This document shows, one piece after another, positions 9,930-18,021 of a stretch of DNA of 64,000 nucleotides. The notes under the pieces were generated by a model. It did not search any database. It saw only the letters and a list, made by a program, of their open reading frames with translations, and had not been told where the DNA came from. Positions within the stretch are counted from its first letter, which is position 1; each line of letters opens with the position of its first letter. Location: the NCBI GenBank assembly GCA_964646765.1, contig CAZYIA010000003.1:2815-66814 (forward strand), read 5' to 3'. Made by a program: the position numbers and the translations under genes. The DNA is from an uncultured Candidatus Saccharibacteria bacterium. Lineage in GTDB: Bacteria > Patescibacteriota > Minisyncoccia > Phycocordibacterales > UBA9973.

Positions 9930-10652
9930 ATGCTTACCCTAATATATGGTACTGATGCAGTAAAACGCGCATCTGCTCGTGATGCTACGATTACGTTACT
10001 TCAAAAAAAATTTCCTGATCTTGAAGTAACTTTTCAAAATGCGCTTGATGCATCACGTGAACACCTTGAAAATCTTACTCAAGCAACAAATCTTTTTGGG
10101 GCACATCGCCTTGTTGTGCTTACTTCACTCTCCGAGCATGAAGAGGCTGGAAGTTTTTTTATCCCGCTTTTGAAAGAAGTAGGTGATCGCAGTGATGTCA
10201 CCGTACTCGTTGTTGAAGGAAAACTCACGAAAGATATTCTTTCGAAATATGAAAAGTATGCAGAGAGTGTGAGCGTGTATGACTTACCAAAAGAAAAAGC
10301 GGTCGAGAAGCGGAATCCATTTGCGCTTTCAGACGCCCTCTTTGCGCGTGACCGAAAACTTGCGTGGCAGTTGTATCGTGAAGCAATCGACAACGGAGCA
10401 GGGGAGGAAGAAATTGCAGGGCTTTTGTTTTGGGGATTAAAAGCACTTCTCTTAGCGGCAAAAGAAAATACAGCCACTGATGCAGGACTTCATCCGTTCG
10501 TGTTTGGAAAAGCAAAACGTGCACTTACAAAATGGCGAGAGGATGAACTTCAAAAAATTACTGGTGACCTCGTAGCGCTTGTACATGAATCACGCACTCG
10601 CTCTCTTGATCCGGAAATTTCTCTTGAGCAATTTATTTTGACTCGTGTTTAA
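9930..10652 (+). CDS. holA: DNA polymerase III delta subunit (shortened)
   Basis: 'MLTLIYGTD', 'NLFG..RLVV', 'NPFALSDAL', 'GLHPFV..KA', 'LEQFIL'. Confidence 0.8.
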   Translation: MLTLIYGTDAVKRASARDATITLLQKKFPDLEVTFQNALDASREHLENLTQATNLFGAHRLVVLTSLSEHEEAGSFFIPLLKEVGDRSDVTVLVVEGKLTKDILSKYEKYAESVSVYDLPKEKAVEKRNPFALSDALFARDRKLAWQLYREAIDNGAGEEEIAGLLFWGLKALLLAAKENTATDAGLHPFVFGKAKRALTKWREDELQKITGDLVALVHESRTRSLDPEISLEQFILTRV

Positions 10653-10670
10653 AATTCAAAGAAATAAAAA

Positions 10671-10728
10671 AAGAGCCTTGGATTCGTTATCCGAGATTTT
10701 ATTCTCCGATAACCGATCCAAGGCTCTT
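10671..10728. terminator. Long imperfect inverted repeat; probable terminator on the - strand
   Basis: AAGAGCCTTGGAT…GTTATC…GAGA / TCTC…GATAAC…ATCCAAGGCTCTT, preceded by an A-run (U-tract on the - strand). Confidence 0.6.
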
Positions 10729-10951
10729 AACCTTTTGAGGAAAGAACGAGAGAGACCCACAAGGTCCTCTATACAAAGAATGGGCAGAACTGTGCACATT
10801 AATAATCGTGCGTGTTCTTCATCTTCTCTTACGTTACCTGCGACGTAAATATCTCTAAGCGAGAAACTTACAGGTGCAAAAGGAGCGTGCCATTTCGCTA
10901 TTAAGTATAACGCTCTTTAGAAAGTTCTTTACGGGGTATGTGGAAAAACCA

Positions 10952-11485
10952 CTATTTTCCTTGTCGTTCAAGGCCAATCCAGGCGGTGACGGTGAGTCCG
11001 AGGAGGCCAAGAAGTGACATGAGCGGGATAGTAACAAAACCGAATTCAGCCACGAAACGTTGTGTACATGATACCGCAGCATCACACACAAAGAGTGCCC
11101 CGCCACCCCAGTCGATATAATTGTGGTAGAGAGAAATAACTAAGCCAACAAGTGAGAGTACTAAGGTGTAACGGAAAACACTTCTGTCGCGAGTGATAAG
11201 TGCAACTGCGTAGAGAAGTACTTGCGGATAAATTGCAAGACGCTGCCACCAGCACAATTGGCATGGCGGGTAACCAATGTAGCCTGAATATAAGAGACTT
11301 ACAATTGCTCCAGAAAGTGCGATACCAAAACCGATCCACTCTAAATGTTTTGATACAGGGTCAAGAATAGGATGAGCAACTTTTCGGTTAAATGCGTGGG
11401 CGATAAGCGCCACCAAACCCACAGCTCCGATTGAGAGCGTGCCAATAGCAGCAATGAAGTTAAGTGTGTTGGTGAATGTTTGCAT
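10952..11485 (-). CDS. dsbB: Disulfide bond formation protein DsbB/BdbC family
   Basis: 'PCQLCWWQR..IYP', second Cys pair 'CDAAVSC', 'FGFVTIPLMS'. Confidence 0.9.
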   Translation of the reverse strand: MQTFTNTLNFIAAIGTLSIGAVGLVALIAHAFNRKVAHPILDPVSKHLEWIGFGIALSGAIVSLLYSGYIGYPPCQLCWWQRLAIYPQVLLYAVALITRDRSVFRYTLVLSLVGLVISLYHNYIDWGGGALFVCDAAVSCTQRFVAEFGFVTIPLMSLLGLLGLTVTAWIGLERQGK

Positions 11486-11487
11486 AC

Positions 11488-12069
11488 TTATTTTTCAGCT
11501 GGTAACTGACAGCCAGTTTCTTCAGACAAAAGAGCGAGACTGGTTTCTCCTGAAAGGCGAGAAGTTGCTGGATCGAAGGTGTATGTTTTTTCATCTCCTT
11601 CTCCAGTGGTAGTTGGTGTACTTGTTGTCATTACGCGAACAGCTTCTCCGCTATTGAGTGTAAATACCCACTGCGTAAATAGTTTTGATTCGTTACCCCC
11701 TTCTCCTGGTTTTGAAACAATCGGATTAGTTTTTGTGTGAAGCACGATTGGTTTTGTAAAGGTCCATGTTGGGTATCCCTCGATTTTATTATCAGTACAT
11801 ACTTGCGTTTGTGATGCTCCATCTGGGTTAGAACATTCAGTGTATAGATCGATAGCTTCAAGTTTTTGGCGTGACATACCAAACTCACGTTCCTGGGCTT
11901 GGCAGTGTGGGCACCAGAATGCTCCGTAAAACTTTGCACCTTGGTCTTTCAAACACTGAGCAAAACCATCGTACACCCCTTTTTTATTTGATGAGTAAAT
12001 GGCAAAGGCAATAGCTCCGGCGATAAGAATAATGACAACTGCGATTGTAACTTTTTTTGATGTATCCAT
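11488..12069 (-). CDS. Membrane-anchored thioredoxin-fold oxidoreductase (DsbA/VKOR-partner type)
   Basis: N-terminal TM; 'FYGAFWCPHC', 'IEGYPTW', 'LSEETGC'. Confidence 0.85.
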   Translation of the reverse strand: MDTSKKVTIAVVIILIAGAIAFAIYSSNKKGVYDGFAQCLKDQGAKFYGAFWCPHCQAQEREFGMSRQKLEAIDLYTECSNPDGASQTQVCTDNKIEGYPTWTFTKPIVLHTKTNPIVSKPGEGGNESKLFTQWVFTLNSGEAVRVMTTSTPTTTGEGDEKTYTFDPATSRLSGETSLALLSEETGCQLPAEK

Positions 12070-12100
12070 AGATAGAAAGTATAGCAAAAAATGAGGCTAT

Positions 12101-12272
12101 AGGGATCGGTCACAAATCACTAAGTTTTTACCACGCAACGCGTGTTAAAACAAAGTGTTTGCGACCCCGCCTCGCCTGTCACTAGCGCGACATGGCTGCG
12201 GCCTTCGATCCCTGCTCGCATGTGAAGCAGTTCACATGCTTGAGCGGATAAAAATCCGCTTCGTGATTTTTG
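12101..12272 (-). ncRNA. tRNA-trailer structured element, complete copy (tRNA-Lys)
   Basis: Hairpin; anti-acceptor TCCGCTCA; A; GCATGTGAA-CTGC-TTCACATGC; GA; anti-T GCAGGGATCGAA; GGCCGCAGC…GCGAGGCGG GGTCGCAAA…TTTGTGACC domain; sense T copy CGATCCCT. Confidence 0.75.
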
Positions 12273-12345
12273 TCCGCTCAGCAGGGATCGAACCTGCGAC
12301 CGTCTCCTTAAAAGGGAGCTGCTCTACCAACTGAGCTATGAGCGG
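12273..12345 (-). tRNA. tRNA-Lys (TTT)
   Basis: Cloverleaf: acceptor CCGCTCA/TGAGCGG, anticodon loop CTTTTAA, T-loop TTCGATC. Confidence 0.95.
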
Positions 12346-12461
12346 AAAACAGGTAGAAAGTACCACAGAATAGAGCCGAAATCAATTTTTTAAGCACGCT
12401 TCTCCCTGAAGTAAAAAAGAGCCTATTTTATAAATATCCTAACTAAGCTACTATTATCTCC

Positions 12462-13169
12462 ATGATTAAATTCAACGAAGTGACGTGGTACTCAAAGTTA
12501 GCCGCCATCGTTTTCTTTATTGGTGCTTTACCTGCTCTTACTTTTTATATAGGAACTGAGTACGAAAAAACGAAAGAGGTAACTATGCCGCTTACGGTAA
12601 CAACTCCAGCTACGTCTCATGTAACGACGAATGGTCATTACGAACTCTCCACTTACACCAACAAAATGTATGGCTGGAGTTTCAAATATCCAAGTACTTG
12701 GAAGGTTACTGAAGATAAAGATGGTACGGGAGTTTCAATTGACCCCGGTGTACGTGTCGCTGGTTACTTACCAGACCAAAAAGCTATGGTAGAAAAATAT
12801 AGCCTTGGCTTCTCGACAATTAAAAAGAAAGATTTTGGAACCATAAACAGTAAAGTTGGAATGATTAGTTTTGATTCCGCAAAAGATGCTCTGGTTGATG
12901 GTCTCGATACCCCAAGTCGTTGTCTTCCGGTTTCTGAACACATTGGTTTACATAATGCACTCTCGGGTTTTATGTACACTGGAAGTTTAATGTCTGACCC
13001 AGCGTATGGAGGTTCTGCGATCGTTACAAACAAGGACTACCTTATAACGTACGGCTGGCAATCATATGAAAACGATGACGCGTTTGCTCTCGGCCAAAGT
13101 ATTATTTACGGAACCTTTACTCTCGCTCCTGACGTATATTCCATTGTTCCTCGATGTGTAGCTCAGTAA
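12462..13169 (+). CDS. Membrane-anchored extracytoplasmic protein, unknown function
   Basis: N-terminal 'NEVTWYSKLAAI' + TM; PsbP-like 'YTNKMYGWSFKYPSTW'. Confidence 0.75.
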   Translation: MIKFNEVTWYSKLAAIVFFIGALPALTFYIGTEYEKTKEVTMPLTVTTPATSHVTTNGHYELSTYTNKMYGWSFKYPSTWKVTEDKDGTGVSIDPGVRVAGYLPDQKAMVEKYSLGFSTIKKKDFGTINSKVGMISFDSAKDALVDGLDTPSRCLPVSEHIGLHNALSGFMYTGSLMSDPAYGGSAIVTNKDYLITYGWQSYENDDAFALGQSIIYGTFTLAPDVYSIVPRCVAQ

Positions 13170-13645
13170 TGAACAAACAAGTATCCTTTCTTGTTCTCCT
13201 AAATATCCGCTCCGCCCAAAACGTCGGGTCTCTTTTTCGCACGGCAGATGCCGCTGGTATTTCTAAAATCTATCTCGTTGGCTACACTCCTGACCCAGTT
13301 GATCGTTTTAATCGTCCGCGTGCTGATGTTGCGAAAGCATCTTTGGGGGCTGAAAAAACCGTTGCATGGGAGCATGTAAAAACAGTTAGTCCACTGCTCA
13401 AAAAATTAAAAGGGCAGGGAGTACAACTTGTTGCTGTTGAACAGTCAGAAAGTTCTGTAGACTACAAAAAAATAAAACCACAGTTTCCTGTGGCATTTAT
13501 TCTTGGCAACGAGGTGGAAGGTATTTCCAAAAATGTTCTTTCTAAGGTAGATCTGGTTGCTGAAATTCCGATGGCAGGAAAGAAAGAATCACTCAATGTT
13601 TCCGTTGCTGGTGGTATTGCACTATTTCGGATGCTTAACCGTTAG
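13169..13645 (+). CDS. SpoU/TrmH-family RNA methyltransferase
   Basis: 'NIRSAQNVGSLFRTADA', 'ILGNEVEG', 'IPMAGKKESLNVSVA'. Confidence 0.93.
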   Translation: MNKQVSFLVLLNIRSAQNVGSLFRTADAAGISKIYLVGYTPDPVDRFNRPRADVAKASLGAEKTVAWEHVKTVSPLLKKLKGQGVQLVAVEQSESSVDYKKIKPQFPVAFILGNEVEGISKNVLSKVDLVAEIPMAGKKESLNVSVAGGIALFRMLNR

Positions 13646-13880
13646 AAGCAGGCGTTGTTTGCTCTAATGGCTGCGCCCCTTCGTTTACTGGGGTAACCTC
13701 GTCGCCGCCTGGGCCGTAGACTTCACCGTTACCAATAGGACTTGGAGCGTTCATGAATGGTTTGTCTTTGTCAGTGCGCAGTGCACCGCCAGTAACGTAC
13801 CAAATTACCCAGAGCACAATGATGAGGCCAACAAGCCACCATAGCGGTCCGAATGTGCTCCCTCCTTCTCCGTGACTCAT
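13635..13880 (-). CDS. Small single-TM protein
   Basis: One strong TM helix; lies directly downstream of mutM on the same strand. Confidence 0.65.
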   Translation of the reverse strand: MSHGEGGSTFGPLWWLVGLIIVLWVIWYVTGGALRTDKDKPFMNAPSPIGNGEVYGPGGDEVTPVNEGAQPLEQTTPASNG

Positions 13881-13889
13881 AACTATATA

Positions 13890-14834
13890 TTACGAATTAG
13901 CTAGTAATTTCTGATGAACCGAACAAAAGTGTGCGCTCCGGCCACCAACTACTTTGCGCAGTATAACACCTCTACAACCACGTTTTCTACATGGTTCACC
14001 TTTTCTTCGATACACATTATGATGATGCTGAAATTTTCCTGGCTTACCATCAATGTTGCGATAATCGCTGGTTGAGTCACCACCAAAATTAATTCCCTGA
14101 GCAAGTACTTTCTGCACCGACTGATAGAGTATTTTCAGTTTACTTTTTGGAATATTTTTTACGCGTTCCTCCGGATGAAGACCTGCAAGCCAAAGTGCTT
14201 CGTCAGAGTAAATATTGCCAATGCCGGAAATGAGCGTCTGATCCATAAGCGCTGTTTTGATTTTTCCATTCGGCCAAAGATTGAGTCGTTCACGAAAAAT
14301 TTCTTCAGTAAATTTTTTATCGAGGGGCTCGGGTCCTAAATGTGAGAGATGTTTGGAATCCAAAATATCTTTGGTGGGCACCACCGTTACTTTTGCAAAC
14401 TTTCGCATATCCGAAAGGGCCAGATGCTTACCGTTAGAAAATGAAAAAACCACGTGAATGAATTTGTTGAACGGATCTCGCAGAGCGTCATTCTTTTCTT
14501 TTTTAGCTGGTCGCCACAGTTCTTTCTTTTCCTCGAGTACTTTTTCGTATACTCCATAGAGCAAATGCCCTGTCATTTTCATGTGCACCAAAATAGTTTC
14601 TTTATTTGAGAGATGAATGAGAATATTTTTAGCCCGTCTGGAAACAGAAGTAACTTTTGCGCCAACAACCCGGCCGCGGAATGATTTAAAAAATAAATGA
14701 CTCTTAAGTGTTTCAGCTCGAATACCGCCAACAATTTTTAGTGGCAAGTCAGTCCACACGTCAGTAATTTTTAGTTTCGGTAGAACTTTTTGAAGAGAGG
14801 AGACTGTGGTTTGTACTTCAGGAAGCTCTGGCAT
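13890..14834 (-). CDS. mutM: Formamidopyrimidine-DNA glycosylase
   Basis: MPELPEV, HMKMTG, GIGNIYSDE, C-terminal zinc finger. Confidence 0.97.
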   Translation of the reverse strand: MPELPEVQTTVSSLQKVLPKLKITDVWTDLPLKIVGGIRAETLKSHLFFKSFRGRVVGAKVTSVSRRAKNILIHLSNKETILVHMKMTGHLLYGVYEKVLEEKKELWRPAKKEKNDALRDPFNKFIHVVFSFSNGKHLALSDMRKFAKVTVVPTKDILDSKHLSHLGPEPLDKKFTEEIFRERLNLWPNGKIKTALMDQTLISGIGNIYSDEALWLAGLHPEERVKNIPKSKLKILYQSVQKVLAQGINFGGDSTSDYRNIDGKPGKFQHHHNVYRRKGEPCRKRGCRGVILRKVVGGRSAHFCSVHQKLLANS

Positions 14835-14835
14835 G

Positions 14836-15411
14836 TTATTTCTGGCCTAAAATTTTGAGTGCCTCCTTGATGCGAGCATTGGTATCAGTAATTTCAGATG
14901 GTACATGTTTTAATGCGTCACGGGCATCTCCCGCTGAATATCCGAGCGCTTGAAGTGCCAATATAGTGTCGCTTTCGGCACGAAGTGAATGCTTGCCTTC
15001 AGAAGAAGCGTGAGCGGCTAACTTGTCGCGAAGTTCAAGGACAATTTTTTCTGCCGTCTTTCTGCCGATACCAGAAACTTTAGTGAGGTATGAAGTATCG
15101 CCGGTCGCAATCGCGCGACGGAGCGCATCAGTAGAAGCGATACCCAAAATACCGAGTGCTGATTTTGGGCCAATACCAGAAACAGAAATTAGGAGCTCGA
15201 AGAAGCCAAGATCGTCTTCATTCGAAAATCCGTACAAATCGAGTGCATCTTCTCGTACCGCGAGGTACGTATGAAGTGCTGTTTCGGTTTTTCCCGAAAG
15301 TTCGGCTAAAAGATCATTTGTGCAAAACACCCGGTAGCCAACACCTGACACGTCAATGAGCACATACTTCTCAGTGACGGTTAAAATTCCTCCCCGAAGA
15401 TGACTAATCAT
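14836..15411 (-). CDS. ruvA: Holliday junction branch migration protein RuvA
   Basis: 'GVGY', 'VREDALDLYGF', VSGIGPKSA, GIGRKTAEKIVLEL. Confidence 0.97.
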   Translation of the reverse strand: MISHLRGGILTVTEKYVLIDVSGVGYRVFCTNDLLAELSGKTETALHTYLAVREDALDLYGFSNEDDLGFFELLISVSGIGPKSALGILGIASTDALRRAIATGDTSYLTKVSGIGRKTAEKIVLELRDKLAAHASSEGKHSLRAESDTILALQALGYSAGDARDALKHVPSEITDTNARIKEALKILGQK

Positions 15412-15544
15412 AAGGGAAGTATAGCATGTGTGCCGATTTGATTTTTAAAGGATTTCTGGTATAGTCATTCCACTTCAGTACAGTGTCTCGTACTAGAAGA
15501 TAGTACGTTAGATATTAGAAATTAGAACCTAGATATTCGCATTT

Positions 15545-15808
15545 ATGCCAATTACCCGTTCCGCAAAAAAGGCTCACCGCGTTTCTCTTCGCAAGAAAGC
15601 CGTTAATGACCAGTATAAAAAGGTTGTTAAGGAAGAAATCAAGAAGATTGAGCGTTTGGTTAAAGAAGGTAAGTTCGCCGATGCTAAGAAGCTTCTCTCA
15701 GAAGCTTACAGTGCTATCGATAAAGCAGCCAAGCACAAAGTGATCGAAAAGAACAACGCTTCTCGTAAGAAGTCTCGTCTCTCTCGCATTACGAAACCAG
15801 CTAAATAG
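15545..15808 (+). CDS. rpsT: 30S ribosomal protein S20
   Basis: 'SAKKA', 'AIDKAAK', 'NNASRKKSRL'. Confidence 0.96.
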   Translation: MPITRSAKKAHRVSLRKKAVNDQYKKVVKEEIKKIERLVKEGKFADAKKLLSEAYSAIDKAAKHKVIEKNNASRKKSRLSRITKPAK

Positions 15809-15812
15809 CTAG

Positions 15813-15843
15813 TACAAAAGCCTCCCAAGCGGAGGCTTTTGTA
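15813..15843 (+). terminator. Intrinsic terminator after rpsT
   Basis: TACAAAAGCCTCC-CAAGC-GGAGGCTTTTGTA. Confidence 0.8.
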
Positions 15844-15974
15844 ATGGTTGGTGGGGATGCGCGTCTATAGAGATGTCATGATTCTCCTTATTGGCACAGC
15901 CGTATATTTTGCAGTTCGTCGGACACTTTTGTCTTAGCCTTTTTACTTCCTGGTAAATACTATATACTGGCCCC

Positions 15975-16238
15975 ATGTCACACCTCATAAATTTTTACGG
16001 CGAAGAGTGTCCACATTGCCTCAAAATGCACACATTAGTGGAAAAGTTAGAGACTGAAACTGGAGCAAAAGTTGATCGTCTCGAAGTCTGGCATAACGAA
16101 GATAACTTAAAAAAACTGGAGGGATTTGATCCAAAAGGAGAATGCGGCGGTGTCCCATTTTTTGTGAATACCAAAAGCAATAAGTTTATCTGCGGCGAAG
16201 CAAGCTACGATGAACTTAAAGCGTGGGCAGCTGAGTAA
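15975..16238 (+). CDS. Small thioredoxin/glutaredoxin-like protein
   Basis: CPHC motif, 'CGGVPFF', 'ICGE'. Confidence 0.85.
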   Translation: MSHLINFYGEECPHCLKMHTLVEKLETETGAKVDRLEVWHNEDNLKKLEGFDPKGECGGVPFFVNTKSNKFICGEASYDELKAWAAE

Positions 16239-16952
16239 TTACCCAGCAATAGAGATAGCGATATAAATGACGAGGGCGCCAAGGATGGTCATCGCGGTGG
16301 TCCATTTTGTTGGATGTCCGTGAAAACTTTCAGGAATTAAGTCACTTGCACCAATGTACAAGAAGAATCCAGCGAAGAGAGAAAGTAGCAATGAAAGGGT
16401 GGATTCTGAAATAGGGAAGAGATATGCAATGAACACGCCAATAATTGGAGCAATGGAATCAGCTAAAAGCCAATGCATGGCTTTTTTTTGGTTCCCGCCA
16501 TTTTTCAATACAACACTAATAGTATTGATACCGTCAGAGAAATCGTGAGCGAGCACAGCAATGGCAACGATAATTCCTAAGCTCGCTGAAACTTGGAAGG
16601 ATAAACCAACACCGAGGCCATCTAAGAGACTGTGAAATGAAAGACTTCCTGCGCGCAAATCAGAACGTCGATGATCGTGGTCGTGACTCTCGTGAGTATG
16701 GGGGATAAAAAAGCGATCAACAACCAGATAGAGTAAAAAACCAATTGCTGTTACCAAAAGACCCGTTGAGAGAGGATGATAAGCGCTTCCTAATTCGAGC
16801 GATTCCGGAAGCAGATCAAAAAAAGCTACTCCAATAACTGCGCCAGCAGAAAATCCCAAGATAAGGTGGAGTTGGTCTTTAAACCGAAGAGCGAGAGAAC
16901 CGCCCAAGTAGGTCATGATGCCTGCGAGGAAGGCGATACTAATAATAAGCAT
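16239..16952 (-). CDS. ZIP-family metal transporter
   Basis: 'FDLLPES', His-rich loop, 'HSLLDG', 'AHDFSDG', 'SDLIPE'. Confidence 0.9.
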   Translation of the reverse strand: MLIISIAFLAGIMTYLGGSLALRFKDQLHLILGFSAGAVIGVAFFDLLPESLELGSAYHPLSTGLLVTAIGFLLYLVVDRFFIPHTHESHDHDHRRSDLRAGSLSFHSLLDGLGVGLSFQVSASLGIIVAIAVLAHDFSDGINTISVVLKNGGNQKKAMHWLLADSIAPIIGVFIAYLFPISESTLSLLLSLFAGFFLYIGASDLIPESFHGHPTKWTTAMTILGALVIYIAISIAG

Positions 16953-16990
16953 CTTTGTAATTTAACATCGGACCCAGTAAAAACAAGGGG

Positions 16991-17017
16991 TGTAACGGAA
17001 AAGTTTCTAGGACGTTA
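16991..17017 (+). promoter_or_regulatory. Putative ECF-sigma promoter for the SPW protein gene
   Basis: TGTAAC-N16-CGTTA, similar to the motif upstream of the ECF sigma gene. Confidence 0.45.
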
Positions 17018-17057
17018 GCCTATAAAGGTCGGCTATTACTAACCCAAATTTTTACTT

Positions 17058-17453
17058 ATGAGATTTATATCGACTAAAACACACGGAATTATTGATTACA
17101 TTGTCGGCATTATTTTATTTTTTGCCCCTTCAATTTTTGGATTTTCTGAGTATGGTGGCGCAGCCGTTACAATTCCTCAGGTCCTCGGTGTGGCAATTTT
17201 GATTGTTACTCTTCTGACAAACTTTGAACCTGGTTTGATTAAGCTTATTCCAATGAGCTTACATCTCTGGTTTGATTACCTCGGTAGCATTCTCCTCATT
17301 GTTTCTCCTTGGCTCTTTAATTTCTCAAACTTGTCAGGATCTGTATGGACACCGCACGTTGTTGTCGGAGCACTTATTCTTGTTCAGGCACTCTTCTCTG
17401 AAAAAACTCCACATAGCGTTGGACATAAAAGTCATCGCTTAGGATATCGTTAA
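17058..17453 (+). CDS. SPW-repeat membrane protein
   Basis: 'HGIIDY', 'HLWFDY', 'SPWLF'. Confidence 0.85.
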   Translation: MRFISTKTHGIIDYIVGIILFFAPSIFGFSEYGGAAVTIPQVLGVAILIVTLLTNFEPGLIKLIPMSLHLWFDYLGSILLIVSPWLFNFSNLSGSVWTPHVVVGALILVQALFSEKTPHSVGHKSHRLGYR

Positions 17454-17467
17454 TCGAAATCTCGCAA

Positions 17468-17503
17468 AAAATCAAAAAGCACTATCGGGTGCTTTTTGAT
17501 TTT
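17468..17503 (+). terminator. Intrinsic terminator
   Basis: AAAATCAAAAAGCAC / GTGCTTTTTGATTTT. Confidence 0.75.
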
Positions 17504-17572
17504 AGCCTGTAAAAACTGGACGAAATGGCAAAAATACCGTATAGTAGCAACGCTTTTAGCTTAAAAGGCTAT

Positions 17573-17647
17573 GGTCCCGTCGTTCAATGGATAGGACGCA
17601 AGATTGCGGATCTTGCAATGCAGGTTCGATTCCTGCCGGGATCACCA
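17573..17647 (+). tRNA. tRNA-Arg (GCG), CCA encoded
   Basis: GGTCCCG/CGGGATC acceptor; CAAGA-TTGCGGA-TCTTG anticodon arm; GCAGG-TTCGATT-CCTGC. Confidence 0.93.
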
Positions 17648-17802
17648 GAGACAAAAAGACTGCCCTGCGGCAGTCTTTTTACTGTGTGTGATGACTACAG
17701 CTATGTTTCGCGAGCACGCGAAACCGCGAGGGGCGGGCTGCGAAAATTTCGAGCGACTGGCGAGAAATTATTTGTAGCCACACTAACTGATACGGGATCA
17801 CC
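17648..17802 (+). ncRNA. tRNA-trailer element, internally deleted copy (tRNA-Arg GCG), followed by a 10-bp repeat of the tRNA 3' end
   Basis: AAAAAGACTGCC-CTGC-GGCAGTCTTTTT; CAGCTATG-hairpin-GCGAGGGGCGGGCTGCGAA…TTTGTAGCC domain; CGGGATCACC at 17793-17802 equals 17637-17646. Confidence 0.6.
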
Positions 17803-17935
17803 TGGTCATGAATCAAGTAAATTAGGACCAAAGACAAAAGCAGCCCTGATTAAGTTCCAAAAGGCTCACGGTATTCTTCCAGCGACCGGAAGATTTGGGC
17901 CAAGAACAAGAGCTTACTTCAATCAGCATCCATAG
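17795..17935 (+). pseudogene. Orphan C-terminal peptidoglycan-binding domain fragment
   Basis: GSPGHESSKLGPKTKAALIKFQKAHGILPATGRFGPRTRAYFN resembles the C-terminus of the 42822..45614 protein; no plausible start. Confidence 0.7.
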
Positions 17936-17940
17936 TAGAA

Positions 17941-17977
17941 GATTTAAAAAAACCGCTTTTCGCGGGTTTTTTAAATC
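17941..17977 (+). terminator. Intrinsic terminator
   Basis: GATTTAAAAAAACCGC / GCGGGTTTTTTAAATC. Confidence 0.7.
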
Positions 17978-18021
17978 CGATTGTTTTTTAAGTATGTGTT
18001 GTTACACTGTCTGTATAGTTT

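Noticed and set aside
12101-12272. Trailer elements as tRNA pseudogenes or theta/HDV-like ribozymes
   Set aside because: There is no D or anticodon arm and the T-arm match is antisense. I could not fit an HDV-like double pseudoknot starting at the tRNA 3' end. Rejected only by eye.
15857-15937. 26-aa hydrophobic ORF after the rpsT terminator
   Set aside because: No clear promoter or other support; may be chance.
17525-17935. 136-aa ORF in the track
   Set aside because: It reads through tRNA-Arg and the trailer element; only the last ~46 codons look protein-like (PG-binding remnant).
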